Shown: positions 24,989 to 39,569 of the stretch, piece after piece | How positions within the stretch are numbered: the first letter of the stretch is position 1 | Layout: the number at the start of each line of letters is the position of its first letter | NCBI RefSeq assembly: GCF_009914755.1 | Contig: NC_060933.1 | Source of the DNA: the human T2T-CHM13v2.0 reference genome, Homo sapiens | Direction: 5' to 3' (one strand) | Length of the DNA: 64,000 nt | Notes under the pieces: generated by a model | The model's input: only the letters and a program-made list of their open reading frames with translations | Told to the model about the DNA's origin: nothing | Databases searched by the model: none | Translations under genes and position numbers: made by a program

Positions 24989-25360
24989 TTCTCTTGCTTC
25001 TCTGGCCAGGCCTAGCTTCTCCACTCACAGGTGCACCCAGGTCATCACCGAGGGCTCATGGCCAGCATTAGAGCTTCTACAGGTGCTCCCCAATCTCTGC
25101 CTTCCCCACCCATGGTGGTCCTGGGGATGCAGAGAGAGGAGGGGCACCAGGCACAGCAGAGAGGGCTGGCACCCCCTCTAGGTGGCACACAGGTCATGTG
25201 TAAAGTTGTAGGTCTGCCAAGTGGTGCTGGATTCAACACATCTTCTCACCTTCTCTTTCCAGCCACCCTCCAAGGTGCCCTGACTCACCTTCCCTGCAGA
25301 TGGAGGCAAGGAGACTCCACAGACAAAACCCCTGCCTGAGGTCACACAGTGGCCAGCTGG

Positions 25361-25946
25361 CCAGGTTCCTACTGACCAGCCGCCCAGGACCAGTTTCCCA
25401 CTGATGAGGCCTCTAATGACCACTCCTCCATTTACCAGTTCCCACTGACCAAGTCCCCACTGACCATGTCTTCCTAACCAGGCTCACACTTAATAGGCCT
25501 CATAGGCCAGACCTCACTGACCAATTTCCCACTGACCTGGTCCCCACTGACCAGGTTCCCACTGACAAGACCACAGTTGACCAGGTCGCTGCTCACCTGA
25601 CCCCCACTAAACAATTTTCCATGGATCAGTCCCCAGCTGACCGAGCCCCCTCTGACCAGGCCCTCACTGACGAGGCTCCAAGCCACTAAGGCCCCACACT
25701 GACCAGGCCCCTAGTATACTGCATAGGCCCCACCAACCAGTTTTTCATTGTTTATGTTCCAGCCCATCAGGCCTCACTAAGAAGACCATCAGTGACCAGG
25801 TCCCCATGAACCGGGCTTCCAATGACTAGGTCACCAGGTCCCCACTGAGGAGGCCTTTACTGAGGAGGCCACCACTAACCAGGTCCCAACTGACTAGGTC
25901 CTGATGACCAGGTCATCTCTGAGCATGGTCCACTGACCAGGCCCCT
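25361..25946. repeat. Degenerate ~15-bp minisatellite (consensus about tccccactgaccagg)
   Basis: The cactgacca core recurs at roughly 15-bp spacing, e.g. 25511-25570 and 25641-25705. Confidence 0.85.
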
Positions 25947-28515
25947 GAGCAGCATGCTCAAAGTCTCATTACAATGCCCCCCTCAGCCCACAGACCCTCC
26001 CTCCCTGTATGTGTGTCCAGAGGTCAGGCCCTGGGGTTTTTTTTGGGACATGGCTTTTCCTCCAAGACAGAGGGAGAGACAGCTGGCCTCAGGCTCCAGG
26101 TGCCCAGCTCCACACTCACCCCAAAAGCCCTCTGGGCCAATCTCAAAGGAGATAGTGAGGTGGTCTGGCACTGCCTGGACATGCCATGTAGCCTATTCCT
26201 GAGTGTCAGAGTGGGAGGAAGGCAGGGACATTTGGCAGATGAGACATCTTGTGCTGTTGGGCATCCCAGGGCCCTTCCCACAGAGTCCCGATCTACAGAC
26301 ACAGCACAGAGGCTACAGGAAGACTAATGCAGAACCCTTGAGGCTGAGCCAGGTACCACATGAGGACTGTGCCCAGACAGCCAGAAGGCCCTTTGCTAGT
26401 TTCTTGGTACCTCATGGATGTGGCAGTGGTTGTTCTGTTGGGGACCAGTGAGCACGTGCTGGGGAGGGCTCGCCTGTGCTTCCTCAGTGGCTCCACCTCT
26501 GCTTCTAAGAAAAATCACTCATTCCATGGCTGGAACAGAGAAAATACAACATTAGCTTAGAACATCTTGTTCCTGAAACTAAAAAAGTGCTGACAGAGTA
26601 ACGAAGACAAATAAAAAAGACAAGAACTCAGCTTGAAATGTCTACCACTGGCCTAATCTTGGGGAATTGGAGCACCAGAATCATGAGCTTTCCCTTCTCA
26701 GTTATTTATTGGTTTTACTTCTCCATGTACAGCAAAGAAGAGAAGAAAATAATCATCTGGCAACCATCATAGTAATAATTGTTCAAACACAAGTCATCCA
26801 TGAAATGCTAAATCTAGTGGGTTCTGGGAGTAACTGGATATTTACAGAGCCTCAAAGTATCTCCCCACAAAATACGGTTCAACTACAAAAAGAAAATTGT
26901 CACATTAGCATGGACAAGCCTGGCAGGTACTCCTTAACTCCCCTAAGTAGTAAAAGCTGTAAAATGCAAAGAAGCCTTCGATGACCTTTACTAAAGTATC
27001 AATGATGACTTGGTTCTTTGGCTGTTTAAACAGCTGGCATTTGGGCAATTTGAGTACGTCAAACTCAATAATACTGGTGTTCATTTGCAAGATCCACTTA
27101 AAACTTAAGGAGGCTAAAAAACATCATTTAAATTACCCTATAAATTATCATCACACATGTGATACAAAAACATCCTACTTCAGTAAAGATTGTAATGTTA
27201 TATATTTTATGAGAAACAATTAAAATGTTGTGTAAACAGCCCAGTAATAAAGTTTTATAATCTTTTAAATAATAAAATTTTTCCTTAAGACTTTATGGTT
27301 AAACATTCTCTTCATTAGATGTGGCTTACCAGTGGATTATAGAGAAGTAAGTAGACGGGAGCAAGTGTTCAACACAGCAACAACTGGAAAGAGAAAGAAT
27401 TATGTTCTTTACCTAAAACACTTCAGTTAACTAAATGTGAGTTTAAATACTAAAGAGTTGAGAACTTTATCAGAGTTAGTAAAAATGAGAAATATCTGTA
27501 CATTAACAATACAAAATTACTATTAAATAATTTACACATGGCATTAATTCTATTGTGTTTAAATATCAGAGGTTTTTCATTCTTCATTCATGTAATCAAC
27601 AGCCACGTGCTAAGGTACTAGAACCAGCACTGGAATTCCAAGATGAAGATGGCATGGTCCACCTCCCAATAGTCATATGCTATAACCTAAAAACACAGAC
27701 AGGTAGGCAATGTCCACATAGTGTCATAGATACCATGACAGGTATACAGCAGGGCACTACTGGAACACACAAAAGGGACATCTATCCCATTTTTATGTCA
27801 ATATCATGGGCTTTCTGGTGGAGGAGATAACATAGGTTGATACCTGAAGGACAAGGAAAAGCTTGCCAGATAGAGGGAAGAGGCGAAGGCAAAGAGCCTG
27901 AGGTAAGGAAGAGCCCTGCGGAGTTCTACTCTCCTCCACTTTGGTGCTAGAGCAAAGGGTAGAGTGCGGTAAGTGGCAAAAAACAAGGCTGAGTAACTTG
28001 ACAAGAATCACATTGACGTGGGTGTTTTTATTTCATGGTGAAAAATTTGGAACTTTTCCTGAGAACAGATGTAAGCCAATGACACAGTAAATGATAGGAG
28101 ATTTAAAATGTCACCTGTCAAGTGACTGCTTATGAAGGGTTATTGCCCAGCTAAGGATTTCAAAATGAGTCTGAGGTCTGTTGGCCTTCAATCTGTACCA
28201 AAACCCTGAGAACTTGGTGATGCCTTTGTTTTCTGAGAATTGTTTCAGTGTGCTGGCTGACAGTTCCATGATGATGGCAAAACTTAAGAAAGTGTAGAGC
28301 CAGTAAAAAACAGATGCACAGACTTCTTGGGAATTTTTTAAGCTATGGAACATGATGAATTTATGGTGCATAAGTACAGTCTTCTCTGTGAAAGTTTTTG
28401 TTTTCACATCTTGCATTAGATGTGTGTAAGAAAAAAAATACTTGACATAGTATCTACTAACCAAACAATGAAAAGGAATGCCATTTGTTATTTACACTTA
28501 ATTTCTAAAATAAAC

Positions 28516-28593
28516 CTAAATGTAATTAATAAATTTTGGCAACATACTTCTCTTTGTTTCTCTAGTTATTTGTTCTACACAGTCCAGCTCCAT
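28516..28593 (-). other. ANKRD18A-like terminal exon (MELDCVEQITRETKRSMLPKFINYI*); lies downstream of the stop at 32011, so non-coding if spliced
   Basis: Acceptor ttattttag at 28594; internal donor GTATGT after 28548. The peptide resembles the recalled ANKRD18A C-terminus MELDCVEQIIRETKRSMLPKFIN. Confidence 0.75.
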
Positions 28594-28899
28594 CTAAAAT
28601 AAGTAAAAATAATAATAATGTTTAAGTTAAACAAGAAACATTATCATGCAAATAATGTATCACTTACAAAATGTGACCTTTAGTATTTTTAGTGACTAGA
28701 CATAACTTGAAGTTTGCTTAAATAGAAAAATAATCACATAAATAAAGTAAAATTTCTACTTATTTTAAGTTTAGATAACAGAGGATGCACCTGTGTAATG
28801 CTGTTTAGAGTAATCAGAGAAAAATACAGTTAATATTGGTCTACTGCATATACATGATTTTAGAAAGGAAGTGTTTTATTAGTACAAAGGTTAAACAAT

Positions 28900-29180
28900 G
28901 GCCAGGTGTGGTGACTCATGCCTGTAATCCCAGCACTTGGGGAGGCCAAGGCAGGCAGATCATGAGGTCAGGAGATCGAGACCATCCTGGCCAACATGGG
29001 GAAACCCTGTCTCTATTAAAAATACAAAAATTAGCTGGGCGTGGTGGTGCACACTTGTAGTCCCAGCTAAGGCAGGAGAATTGCTTGAAGCCAGGAGGTG
29101 GAGGTTGCAGTGAGCCAAGATTGCACCACTGTACTCCAGCCTGGTGATACAGTGAGACCTTGTCTCAAAAAAAAAAAAAA
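28900..29180 (+). mobile_element. AluS element with small internal deletion
   Basis: ggccaggtgtggtgactcatgcctgtaatcccagc start, two arms, poly-A tail. Confidence 0.95.
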
Positions 29181-29344
29181 TTAAATAATTAAAGTCATCT
29201 TTTCAATGAATGCATTGCTTTGAAATTCTTAGCAAAACTCTGCCCTTTATACAAGTTTAATCCAATTTTTTTACATCAATAAATTTTATCTTAAAAAGAA
29301 ATTTCTATTCTCTACTTATAGTAAACTTTTTTAATAGTAAATTT

Positions 29345-30505
29345 TTCTTGTTTTTTTTTTGTTTGTTTTTTTCTAGTTTGTATTCTAAATTAAGGTGGTA
29401 CCTGTGTAGGCTTCTTCCAAGAGAATATTGAGGGATGCCAAGGTTTGGAGTACAGTGGAACCCATCACACAGGTAGTAAGCATAGGACCCAATAAGTAGT
29501 TTTCCAACCCTGGCCCACTCTGTCCCTCCCTGTTCTTATTTCCCAGTGTCTATTGTTCCCAGGTTTATGACAATGTGCACCCAATGTGTAGCTCCCACAT
29601 AAGTGAAAACATGAGATATTTGGTTTCTGTTTCTGTGTTAGTTTGCTTAGGATAGTGGATTCCAGCTGTATCCATGTTGCTGCAAAGGACATGATTTTGT
29701 TCTTTTCTTGGCTGCATAGTATTCCATGGTATGTATGGAACATTCCAATCTACCTTGGATTTTCAATCTGCCTTGGATGCACCTGGATTGACTCCATGTC
29801 TTTGCTGCTTTGAATAGTGCTGCAATGAACACACATGTGCAAGCATCTTTTTATTACAATGATTTATTGTCCTTTAGGTATACCCCTAGTATAGTAATGG
29901 GATTGCTGCATCCAACGGTCATCCTTAGTTCTTAATTTCCAAACTGCTCTCCATAGTAGCTGAATTAATTTACATTGCCACAAACGGTGTGTGTTCCCTT
30001 TTCTCCACTGCTTCCCCAACATCTTTTTTTGTTTTCTTTTTACTTTTCAACAAAAGTTATTCTGACTGGTGTGAAATAGTATCTCACTGATGTTTTGTTT
30101 GGCACTTTTCTGATGATTAACAATGGTAAGCATTTGTTAATATGTTTGTTGGCCACTTACATGTGTTATTTTGAGATGTGTCTGTTCACGTCCTTTACCC
30201 ATTTTTAATGGTGTTATTTACTTTTTGCTTGTTGATTTGTTTAGATCTCTTATGGATTCTGGATAATAGGTGTTTGCTGTATCCATAGTTTGTGAATATT
30301 TTCTTCCATTCTCTACGCTGTCTGTTTAATCCTGTGATAGTTTCTCATGCTGTGCAGAAGCTCTTTAGCTTAATTAGATCATACTTGTCAATTTTTGTTA
30401 TTCTTGCAATTGCTTTTGAGGACTTTGCCATAAATTAATTGAGAAGTATGAAGTCCAGAAGAGTATTTCCTAGGTTTTCTTCCAGGATTTTTATAGTCAG
30501 AGGAT
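29345..30505 (-). mobile_element. Old L1P-type element, 3'UTR and end of ORF2
   Basis: Minus-strand peptides MFIAALFKAAKTWSQ and IMSFAATWIQLESTILSKLTQKQK are typical L1 3' sequence. T-rich tail at left. Confidence 0.88.
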
Positions 30506-30533
30506 GTACTCTTATGTAAGAAAAGCACAAACC

Positions 30534-30833
30534 TTTTTTTTTTTTTTTTTTTTTTTGAGACAGAGTCTCCATCACATAGGCTATAGTGCAGTGGTATGAT
30601 CTTGGTTCACTGCAACCTCTGTCTCCCGGGTTCAAGTGACTCTCCCGCCTCAGCCTCCCAAGTATCTGAGATTATACATGCCTGCCAACATGCCTTGCTA
30701 ATTTTTGTATTTTTAGTAGAGATGGGTTTCATCATGTTGGCCAGGCTGGTCTCAAACTCCTGACCTCAGGTGATCCACCTGCCTCGGCCTCCCAAAATGT
30801 TGGGATTGTAAGTGTGAGCCACGGCACCTGGCC
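30534..30833 (-). mobile_element. AluS element
   Basis: Poly-T, gagacagagtctc...cctggcc. Flanking duplication aagcacaaa(c/g)cttt. Confidence 0.95.
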
Positions 30834-31011
30834 AAGCACAAAGCTTTGAACATAAAAATGGAAATGAACATTTTAGTGTTTTGTTTAATTCATAAAATGC
30901 AATTATTTTGGATTCTACTAAATAATAAACATCTATATGTGGTAAACTGTTTGGATGCCAATCATTCAGTTGTGATTATGGGTGGGAAGAGTTGAGATGG
31001 TGCAACTAAAC

Positions 31012-31308
31012 TTTTTTTAAATTTTTTATATTCAAGATGAAGTCTCACCCTGTCACTCAGGCTGGAGTTCAGTGGCACGATCTCGGCTCACTGCAACCTC
31101 CGCCTCCTGGGTTCAAGCAATTCTCTGCCTCAGCCTCCCTAGTAGCTGGGATTACAGGTGCTCTCCACCACACCTGGCTAATTTTTTTTTTCTACTTTTT
31201 GTACTTTCACCATCTTGGCCAGGCTGGTCTTGAACTCCTGACATTGTGACACACCTGCCTCAGCCTCCCAAAGTGCTGGGATTACAGACATGAGCCACCA
31301 CACCTGGC
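31012..31308 (-). mobile_element. AluS element
   Basis: Alu consensus in reverse. Imperfect TSD tggtgcaa...aaacttt. Confidence 0.93.
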
Positions 31309-31337
31309 TGGTGCAAAGAAACTTTAAAAGTGACATG

Positions 31338-31628
<291 letters not shown>

Positions 31629-32010
31629 GGGGGGGGCAGTATGAACCACAGCTAAACTATAATCAATTAGAGAGTAAGCCAAAGCATCTCAAACTATATC
31701 ATCAGTTATCAGGCAATAATATGCAATTTCTAAAACCTAACTTAAATGCAGCTTTTAAAGACATTTTAAATGTGTCAGTTTAGTCACATTTATGGAATAA
31801 AGTTAGTAAACGGGTATCTCTTGAAAATGAGAGCTCCAGGGAATTAAAAAATGTAAAGTTCCCATTTCCTTTCTGTGTTAACACAGCTAATTATGATCTT
31901 TACTAAACATGCATAAGTCAACAGAATTCAGTATTTCACCAAATTAAAAACAAGAATTATATTAGAGAAATGAAACCCAAAAGAGAAATGGTCATGTAAC
32001 TAACCACAGT

Positions 32011-32271
<261 letters not shown>

Positions 32272-32979
32272 CTAATGATTCTTAATGACTTGCAGTTTTT
32301 AAAAACTTGCCCTGAGAGCAAACCAAATTATCCACTAAACAGTGTTTTCACACTGAAGATGTGTGAGAGCATACCTGTTGTAAGCAAGTATAATTTTAAA
32401 ATCATTCTAAAGAAGCACCTGTGTTTCCAAGGTGATTTATACTGAACAAGCAGTACAAACAAAGTAGACAGGGAAGAGAAATGGCTATCAGTGATATATG
32501 GCTCGACAGGTAACACTTGCTGCCTTCTAAAAGGGCTCTACTTGTGAGATTCTGAAGATTCCATTAGAAATACTCATATTTAAAGGGTAACAATGTGAGA
32601 AAAGAATATGTTGATTTGCTTGATTATAAGAACCACTTCACTAGAAATAATTGTATCAAAACATCATGTTGTACTCCTTAATGTAGGTTAAGAAAACTAA
32701 AATGAACAACAACAAAAAAATCTAGGAATACTTGTGTTTAGCAAACAAATTTTAGGTTTCACCCTTGTGCATTTCACCCATTATCTAGGAACAATTAAGC
32801 ATTTGGCACTGAGGAATAATTCAGAACAACAACTCCTGGGGGAGAACTAGATTGGCTGGTTGGTGATCAAAAAGAACTAAAGCATGTCTGAAGGCAATTA
32901 GCCCCCAGCACTGTGACCAAGGCACTGGAGGTGGGGCTTTTTCCTTCTGCCTTCCACACACCGCTTCAGGCTGAACAAG

Positions 32980-33531
32980 TTTTTTTTTTTTTATACTTTA
33001 AGTTTTAGGGTACATGTGCACAACGTGCAGGTTAGTTACATATGTATACCTGTGCCATGTTGGTGTGCTGCACCCAGTAACTCATCATTTAACATTAGGT
33101 ATATCTCCAAATGTTATCCCTCCCCCATCCCCCCACCCCACGACAGGCCCCGGTGTGTGATGTTCCCCCCTTCCTGTGTCCATGTGTTCTCATTGTTCAA
33201 TTCCCACCTATGAGTGAGAACATACAGTGTTTGGTTTTTTGTCCTTGCGATAGTTTGCTGAGAATGATGGTTTCCAGCTCCATCCATGTCCCTACAAAGG
33301 ACATGAACTCATTATTTGTTATGGCTGCATAGTATTCCATGGTGTATATGTGCCACATTTCCTTAATCCAGTCTATCATTGTTGGATATTTGTGTTGCTT
33401 CCAAGTCTTTGCTATTGTGAATAGTGCTGCAATAAACATACGTGTGCATGTGTCTTTATAGCAGCATGCTTTATAATCCTTTGGGTATACACCCAGTAAT
33501 GGGATTGCTGGGTCAAATGGTATTTCTAGTT
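32980..33531 (-). mobile_element. 5'-truncated L1PA 3' end (~550 bp)
   Basis: Poly-T then tatactttaagttttagggtacatgtgcacaacgtgcagg, the classic reverse L1PA 3'UTR. Confidence 0.95.
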
Positions 33532-34135
33532 ATGTTTTAACCACTTTGTGAATTACACTTCTTTAAATTCCTTGATAATTATTCCCTATTTCACAAGGAT
33601 GCCTTTCTGTAACATCTTGAAAATGTTACACAAATAGTCTTTCTTGAGGCACCCTCTAGTGATAATACTAAAGATCACAATCAAAAATGATTGTGCCCGG
33701 AGTAGCAGTACCACTTGAAACTTTGGGTTTAGGTTGTGATCTACCAAAAAATAAATTAAACTCATTAATATTTCTATTTAGGAAAATTCTGACAAGCAAT
33801 TTTATAACAAGATCACATTATTAATTATAAAGCTTCGAAAGTACTTAGTGACAAAAACTAACAGATCAGGTTAACTACATGAGACTTTTCAGGGGAAAAA
33901 AGCCATACAAAAGCAAAAAAAAAAAAAAAGAGAGAGAGAGAAAGAAATGGGACAGAAACTATCCTTGACTAACATTTTAAAGGTAAGATTATTTACTAAC
34001 ATTATTTTCTGAAATTACATTATTAGATTAGCATTCACTTCCTACTAATCTCCTGAAGCCATCTCACTAAAAATTATGCTTTCAAAACAAATTAATGAGC
34101 TTAATTCATTTTCTATGAGTGTATGTTTTGACTTA

Positions 34136-34348
<213 letters not shown>

Positions 34349-34839
34349 CTAAAACAAAGGAAAAGAATACACTTTTAAAACAATTATAACCTAATTATTA
34401 TATGTTTGTTGCCTTTCATTTTGAGTCAGTGATTCAAAGAGCAATTGTGAATATGTTAGTAAAAGAGGCTGAAGCTTAAAATATTTATCAGCAAGATCAA
34501 AACTAATAACTGAATTCAGAATTGTCTGATTTATAAAAATTTGAAATCATAATTATGTTAGTATTAATGTAATCTGGTCATATAAAAAGTAATAGAATCC
34601 ATTCATAATTTTAAAAAGTGATTAATGAACAATGTAGCTTAAGACCAATTCAAAAGTATCACATAATTTTGAAATCACAATTGTTTCTTATGCCAACTGA
34701 TCTTAATCATCAAATGACTCCACAGTGAGAATCATTACTCTGAAAGATTGATTTTGTTATAATAATAATGGAAATGTAAATATTTAAAAGAAAAAACAGA
34801 TGCCATTTTTTTTCTAGAACTCTACAAAGCAAATTGCTA

Positions 34840-35328
<489 letters not shown>

Positions 35329-35676
35329 TTATCTGTAATGCAGTGGATTCTTCAAATGTGAACCCTTAAATTACTCAGAATTTTAAGAACAAAGTTAAAG
35401 CTACCATGAGTCACAAAAATATATTATTTGCTATCATCATCTTTGCCACAGAACTTTTGCACTTCATCTTACTTTTATTTTTCTGATAATTCATTTTTGT
35501 TCCTCCTTAGATGGCACTAAGTTATCTCTTAGTAAAAAGTGTCTAACCACCTTCCCTCATTATCATTCCCCATAATATGTCAAAAAAAAGTTTCAGAGAT
35601 ATCATATTGAGTTATTTAGGCCAAAGTCAATAAATGGCTCTCAGAATAAGACTTTGAAAATAATATAACACTCTAT

Positions 35677-35974
35677 ACTAGGCATGGTGGCTCATTCCTG
35701 TAATTGTAGCAATTTAAAAGCCTGTGCCAGAATGATCACTTGAGGCCAGAATTTGAGATCAGCCAGAGCAACATAGTGAGACCCCCATGTCTACAAACTT
35801 TTTTTTTAAAATTAGCTGGGCATGGTGGCTCATGCCTCTAGACCCAGCTAGTTGGGAGACTGAGGCAAAAGGATGGCTTGTACCCAGAGTTCAGGGCTGC
35901 AGTGAATTATGACCACATCACCGCACTTCTGCCTGGATGACAGACAAAGACCATATCTCAAAAAAACACAAAAT
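35677..35974 (+). mobile_element. AluJ-like element, diverged
   Basis: Degenerate two-arm Alu with gagttcagggctgcagtga. Confidence 0.85.
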
Positions 35975-36084
35975 AATGAATCCTGTAAATAAGGATTCTG
36001 ATGCCATAAGCCTTTCCTTAAACTGCAAATGTTTCATGCTAATTTGAATTGCATTTTACGAAGTAATGATTCTTGGGGTAAAGG

Positions 36085-37815
36085 CCATAGAATACACACC
36101 CAGAAATAAATCCACATATTTACAGCCAACTGATTTTGGACAAAGGTGCCAAGAACATACACTGGGGAAAGGACAGTCTCTTCAAATGAATGGCACTGGG
36201 AAAACTAAATATCCATATGGAGAAGAATGATACTAGCTTCCTATGTAACAGCACATAATGAAATAAACTCAGAATTGATTGAAGACTGACATTTAAGGCC
36301 TAAAATTATGAAACCACTCTAAGTAAATGGAGGAAAAATGCTTGAGGACATTAGTCTGCACAAAGATTTTTATGGGTAAGACATCAGAAGCATAGGCAAA
36401 AACCAAATGATAGACAAATGGTATTACATTAAGATAAAGAGCTTCTGCCCAGCAAACTGAGTGAAGAGAAAACCAGTGGAATGGGAGAAAATATTGTCAA
36501 CTATTCATCTAATAAGGGACTAGTATCCAAAATATACAAGAAACTCAAAAAACTTGACAGTAAAAAAAAATCTGGGTTCAAAATTGGGCAAAATATCTAA
36601 CTATACTTTTCTTTAGAAAAAAGAAATACAAATAGCCAATAAATAAATTTAAAAACGCTCAGTATCACTAATTCTCAGGGAAATAAAAATCAAATCTTCA
36701 ATGTGATACAATCTTGCTTCAATTTGAATAAATTGCTATCATTGAAAAGACAAAAAAATAACATATGCTGGTGAGGTTCCAGAGAACAGTAAACTCTAAC
36801 ATGCTGTTGGTGGGAAGGTAAATTAGTGCAGCCACTATAGAAAACAACATGAGGTTTTCTCAAAAAGCTAATAATGGGACTGCCAAGGGATCCGGCAAAC
36901 CCACTATTGGGTATTCAGGCAATAGAAAAGAAAACAATAGATCAAAAAGATACCTGTACTCGTATGTTTATTGTAGCACTATTCACAATAGCTGATGTAT
37001 GGAATCAACCTGCATGTCCATAACCAAATGAATGGACAAAAAACTGTGGCACACAAACACAGTAGAATACTATTCACCGTATAAAGGAATTCAATCCTGT
37101 TATTCGTGGCCATGTGGATCAGTCTGAGGGATGGTATGTTAAGTGCAGACACAGAAAGATAAACACTGCACATTCTCACTCATATGTGGGAGCTAAAGAA
37201 AAACTGAGGGCTGGGCAACATGGCTATTGCCTGTAATTTCCTAGCACTTTGAAAGACCAAGGCAGGAGAATCACTTGAGGCCAAAGTTCCAGAGCACCCT
37301 GGACAACATAGGTAGATAGCTCTACAAAGTCAAAAATCAGACAGGTGCAATGGTGCATGCCCATAATCCTAGCTGCTCAGGAGGGTGAGGTCAGAGGATC
37401 ACATGAGCCCAAGAGTTTGAGGCTGCAGTGAGCTATGATCAAGCCACTGTCTCTAGTCTGGGTGACTACAGATGCCCAGAGCCCAGACTGGACTAGCAAG
37501 GCCCTGTCTCTTAACAACAACAAAAAAGCTCACAGAGGTAGGGGAGGGGAGGATGGTTAATGGATACCGAATTACAGTTAGATAAGAGGAATGAGTTCTG
37601 GTGTTCTGTGGCATTGTAGGGTGAATATGGTTAACTATGATTTATTGTATATTTTTAAAAAGGCAGAAGATTTTGAATGTTCACAATTCAAAAAATGAAA
37701 AATGGTTGAAGTAGTAAATGTGCTAGTTAGCTCGATCATTACACACTATATACATGTATCAAAATATCACTCTATTGGCCAAAATTATGTATATACATGT
37801 CAATTAAAACAAAAG
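36085..37815 (+). mobile_element. Old L1M(A-like) ORF2 end and 3'UTR, interrupted by an Alu
   Basis: ccagaaataaatccacat...gacaaaggtgccaagaac ORF2 motif; the 3'UTR resumes after 37527. Confidence 0.85.
37208..37527 (+). mobile_element. AluJ-like element nested in L1
   Basis: ggctgggcaacatggct...gagtttgaggctgcagtgagctatgatc. Confidence 0.8.
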
Positions 37816-37869
37816 AGAAGCTATATTTATCCCATTAAAAAAACAGAATATGGGCAATCCTTACTGACT

Positions 37870-38240
37870 TCCTTCTAATGAATAGAATGCAGTAAAAGGG
37901 ATATCATGTGGCTTCCCTATCTCAGACTGCTTTCCCTTTGAACTCAGCCCCCAGATTGTGAGTGAGATCAGGCCAGAGAGACAGCCTGGGAGTGTCAGTG
38001 TCAATATTCATGCTGCCTGCTCCAACCAAGGTTCCAGCCAATGGCCAGCATCAACCATCAAACACATGGGTGAGCAAAGCTTCAGAGGATTCCATTTCCC
38101 CAACTGATCAGCTATTCCTAGGGAAGCTGAGGGGAGCAGAGATGACCTGTCCTGGCTAAGCTTTTTTCAAACCATAGGTTCATGAACAAAATAAATGTTT
38201 TTCTTTTAAGCCACAAAACCCTGGATAATTGTTAGAAAAA
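37870..38240 (+). mobile_element. Decayed MLT1-type MaLR LTR
   Basis: atgaatagaatgcag..., ccagcatcaacc and aaataaatgtttttcttttaagcca resemble MLT1 motifs. Confidence 0.55.
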
Positions 38241-39569
38241 TAAGTTTTAAAAAGAGACAACAGGAAACATAACTTATGCAGAGAAAAGAGTCTCCTTTAA
38301 AGTAGGATCTAATAAATGTTGAGATTAATTTATTGATGGCAAACATTATTGAGAAGCAGTAGATAACCAGGAGAGAGACATAAGCTGCTGAGGAGGAACA
38401 TTTCCTAAAACCCCCTTCAATTATGAACTCTGATAACAAGGCAAGGGTGTCTCCTTACAATTTCCCCTCAAGTTAGGAAATAAGACTGCAAAGAAAGAAG
38501 AAGTATGATTTGAAAAACAACTAGAAATACTTGGTTAGATAACCAAAATCAGACATTTGCCTGATTTCAGTTAATGAAAATTCTAAAAGAATAAGCTTTG
38601 AGTATTTATTAATCAATCTAGTATTCAATTTTCATTTTCCTTTTCTCAATGAGGAAATAAGGAGAACATTATGGAATGATTTTTAGTCTTCACAGAAGTA
38701 AAATAAGCACAATATGCTTTGAGTGTTAAGACATCAAATGCAATTTCTCCTTTATCTTACTTCAAGCTTGTTTGTATGGAGAAGTTAAGACCATCCCATC
38801 TCTGTATTATACCACAATGCTTCTCTACAGCACACAACTTGGCTCCGAAATTTCAAAAGTCAAAATACTAATCTACTATTTGTCTCTGATAAATTGCCTG
38901 AACATTACCTGATTTTGAAGTGCTGCACTCCTAAGACTTTTTCTTGGAATGAGTTAAACTTTATATCCCAAGAATCCTCTACTGAGCTAGAAAGCAGAGC
39001 TGTGCATCTCTGTTTCAGTAAAAGGAGGTCAATACAGGGAACTGTGGTTTCTGAGAATGCAAGATCTGCACCAAGTAAAGGATTAGATGCAGAGCTACCC
39101 AAGAGAACCAGCTACCAGGTGGAAAGAGGATCTGCGAACTACAACATGATGACTTCACATGATTTCCACTGAGGAAAGCTGGCAGCTCAGACTTCTCCTT
39201 CCTGGATGGTAAACATCTATGGAAGATTCTATGAATTATAATGAGTTAGCAAAACATAATACACTAAATATTAGACTACATCAGCAGATCCTGTGATGAA
39301 AACTTACTGAAAATATAACTATAGAGGGAGGCAATGGAAAAGAGACTAAAGGTTTGAATAGAGAAAAAAAGAAAGAGTGTCTTGTAAGCCTGACTTGCCA
39401 TCATGTCTTAGAGTAAGTAAGGTATAAGCTGGCCAGAGATTCCTTTGAGGCACAAAAGGTGAAGTTAAAGATATTCCACTAAATTTAATTTTTATTATGA
39501 TATAAGACAACTGGTAATATGCAACATGCTTGAAAAAATCTTCTCATTAAATTCAATTTGGCCTTGGCA

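Noticed and set aside
25361-25946. Short repeats resembling a CRISPR array
   Set aside because: The units are contiguous and degenerate with no unique spacers, no cas genes, and a primate context; it is a minisatellite.
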